From a virus (Duplodnaviria; Caudoviricetes): a DNA stretch of 34,120 nucleotides. The DNA lies in IMG/VR virus record IMGVR_UViG_3300037751_000573, positions 1 through 34,120 of that record. One strand, given 5' to 3'. The translations under genes were made by a program, and so were the position numbers. Of this stretch, positions 33,491-34,120 are shown piece after piece. The notes beneath the pieces are model-generated. The model had not been told where the DNA came from. It ran no database searches and worked only from the letters and a program-made list of their open reading frames with translations. Position 1 is the first letter of the stretch; every line of letters begins with the position of its first letter.

Positions 33491-34120
33491 TCATGCGCCG
33501 ATCACCATATCCATGGGGCTGACTACCCCGGCACCGCGGCTCATCACATGCAGGTATATCTGCGTGGTGCGGATGTCGTCGTGGCCCAGGAGATCCTGCA
33601 CGGTGCGAATGTCAACCCCGCTTTCGAGCAGGTGCGTGGCGAAGGAGTGGCGAAACGAATGGCAGGAGGCCATCTTGTTAACCTTTGCCCGCCGCACCGC
33701 CAGCTTTACCTGCCGCTGCAAGGCCGATTCGTGCAGGTGGTGGCGGTAGAAACATCCGGTTTGCTTATCCGTGCACAGGTGGGAAGCGGGAAAGATGTAC
33801 TGCCAAGCCAGCTCCTTGGAGGCGTTCCGGTATTTACGGGCCAGAGCCGGTTCCATGGTGGAGCCCTCGTAGCCGTGCGCGAGATCGTCGGCAAGCAGGG
33901 CCTCCGCCCGGGCGACATGCGCCCGCCGCCGGTCCACCGCCGAGACAGGCAAAGGGACGATCCGGTCTTTTTGCCCCTTGCCGAATTTGACATGCAGGGA
34001 GATAACCCGCTTGGCTTCGGCACGACTGAAGACCACCGGCAGGTTTTTCGGCCGCTTGGCCCGAACGAACTGGCTAAAATCCCCGACCTCAACCTGGATC
34101 ACATGCTTGTAAAGAAAAAC
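33491..34120 (-). pseudogene. intI: Integron integrase, 5' part off-window, with an in-frame deletion of box I
   Basis: Frame open to the window end: VFLYKHV...[13 protein letters not shown]. IntI-specific insert PALARKY...WQYIFPA...RHHLHES; [12 protein letters not shown]...LLGH...TTQIY. The YG.GLR segment is missing between VISL and HVKFGKG. Confidence 0.85.

Noticed and set aside
1-34120. Terminal direct repeat proving circularity
   Set aside because: The first and last bases do not overlap and the intI 5' part is missing, so the join is inferred, not seen.

Overview
Near-complete temperate siphovirus with an HK97-type head. The host is probably a GC-rich Gram-negative, tentatively Desulfobacterota-like (inference only). 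Order along the window: replication (dnaB, initiator with iterons), early operon, cro/cI switch, cI-linked envelope genes, integrase plus an intact attP, lysis, tail, head, terminase/HNH, two more tyrosine recombinase genes. The most notable signal is that both ends are integron parts. There is a well-formed attC (40-127, + strand) 4 bp from the dnaB stop, and an integron-integrase gene (intI, - strand, running off the right end) that keeps the IntI-specific insert but lacks the box I catalytic-Arg segment. If the ends join, this is a phage-borne integron in the nin-like slot. Alternatively, the phage entered a host cassette array by attI x attC recombination. Other oddities: attP carries the 5' half of tRNA-Leu(UAA) with its own promoter, a cos-like sequence lies beside the integrase instead of between HNH and terS, and several RNA/DNA structures sit in the late operon. 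All family calls are from motif recognition by eye; no searches were run.
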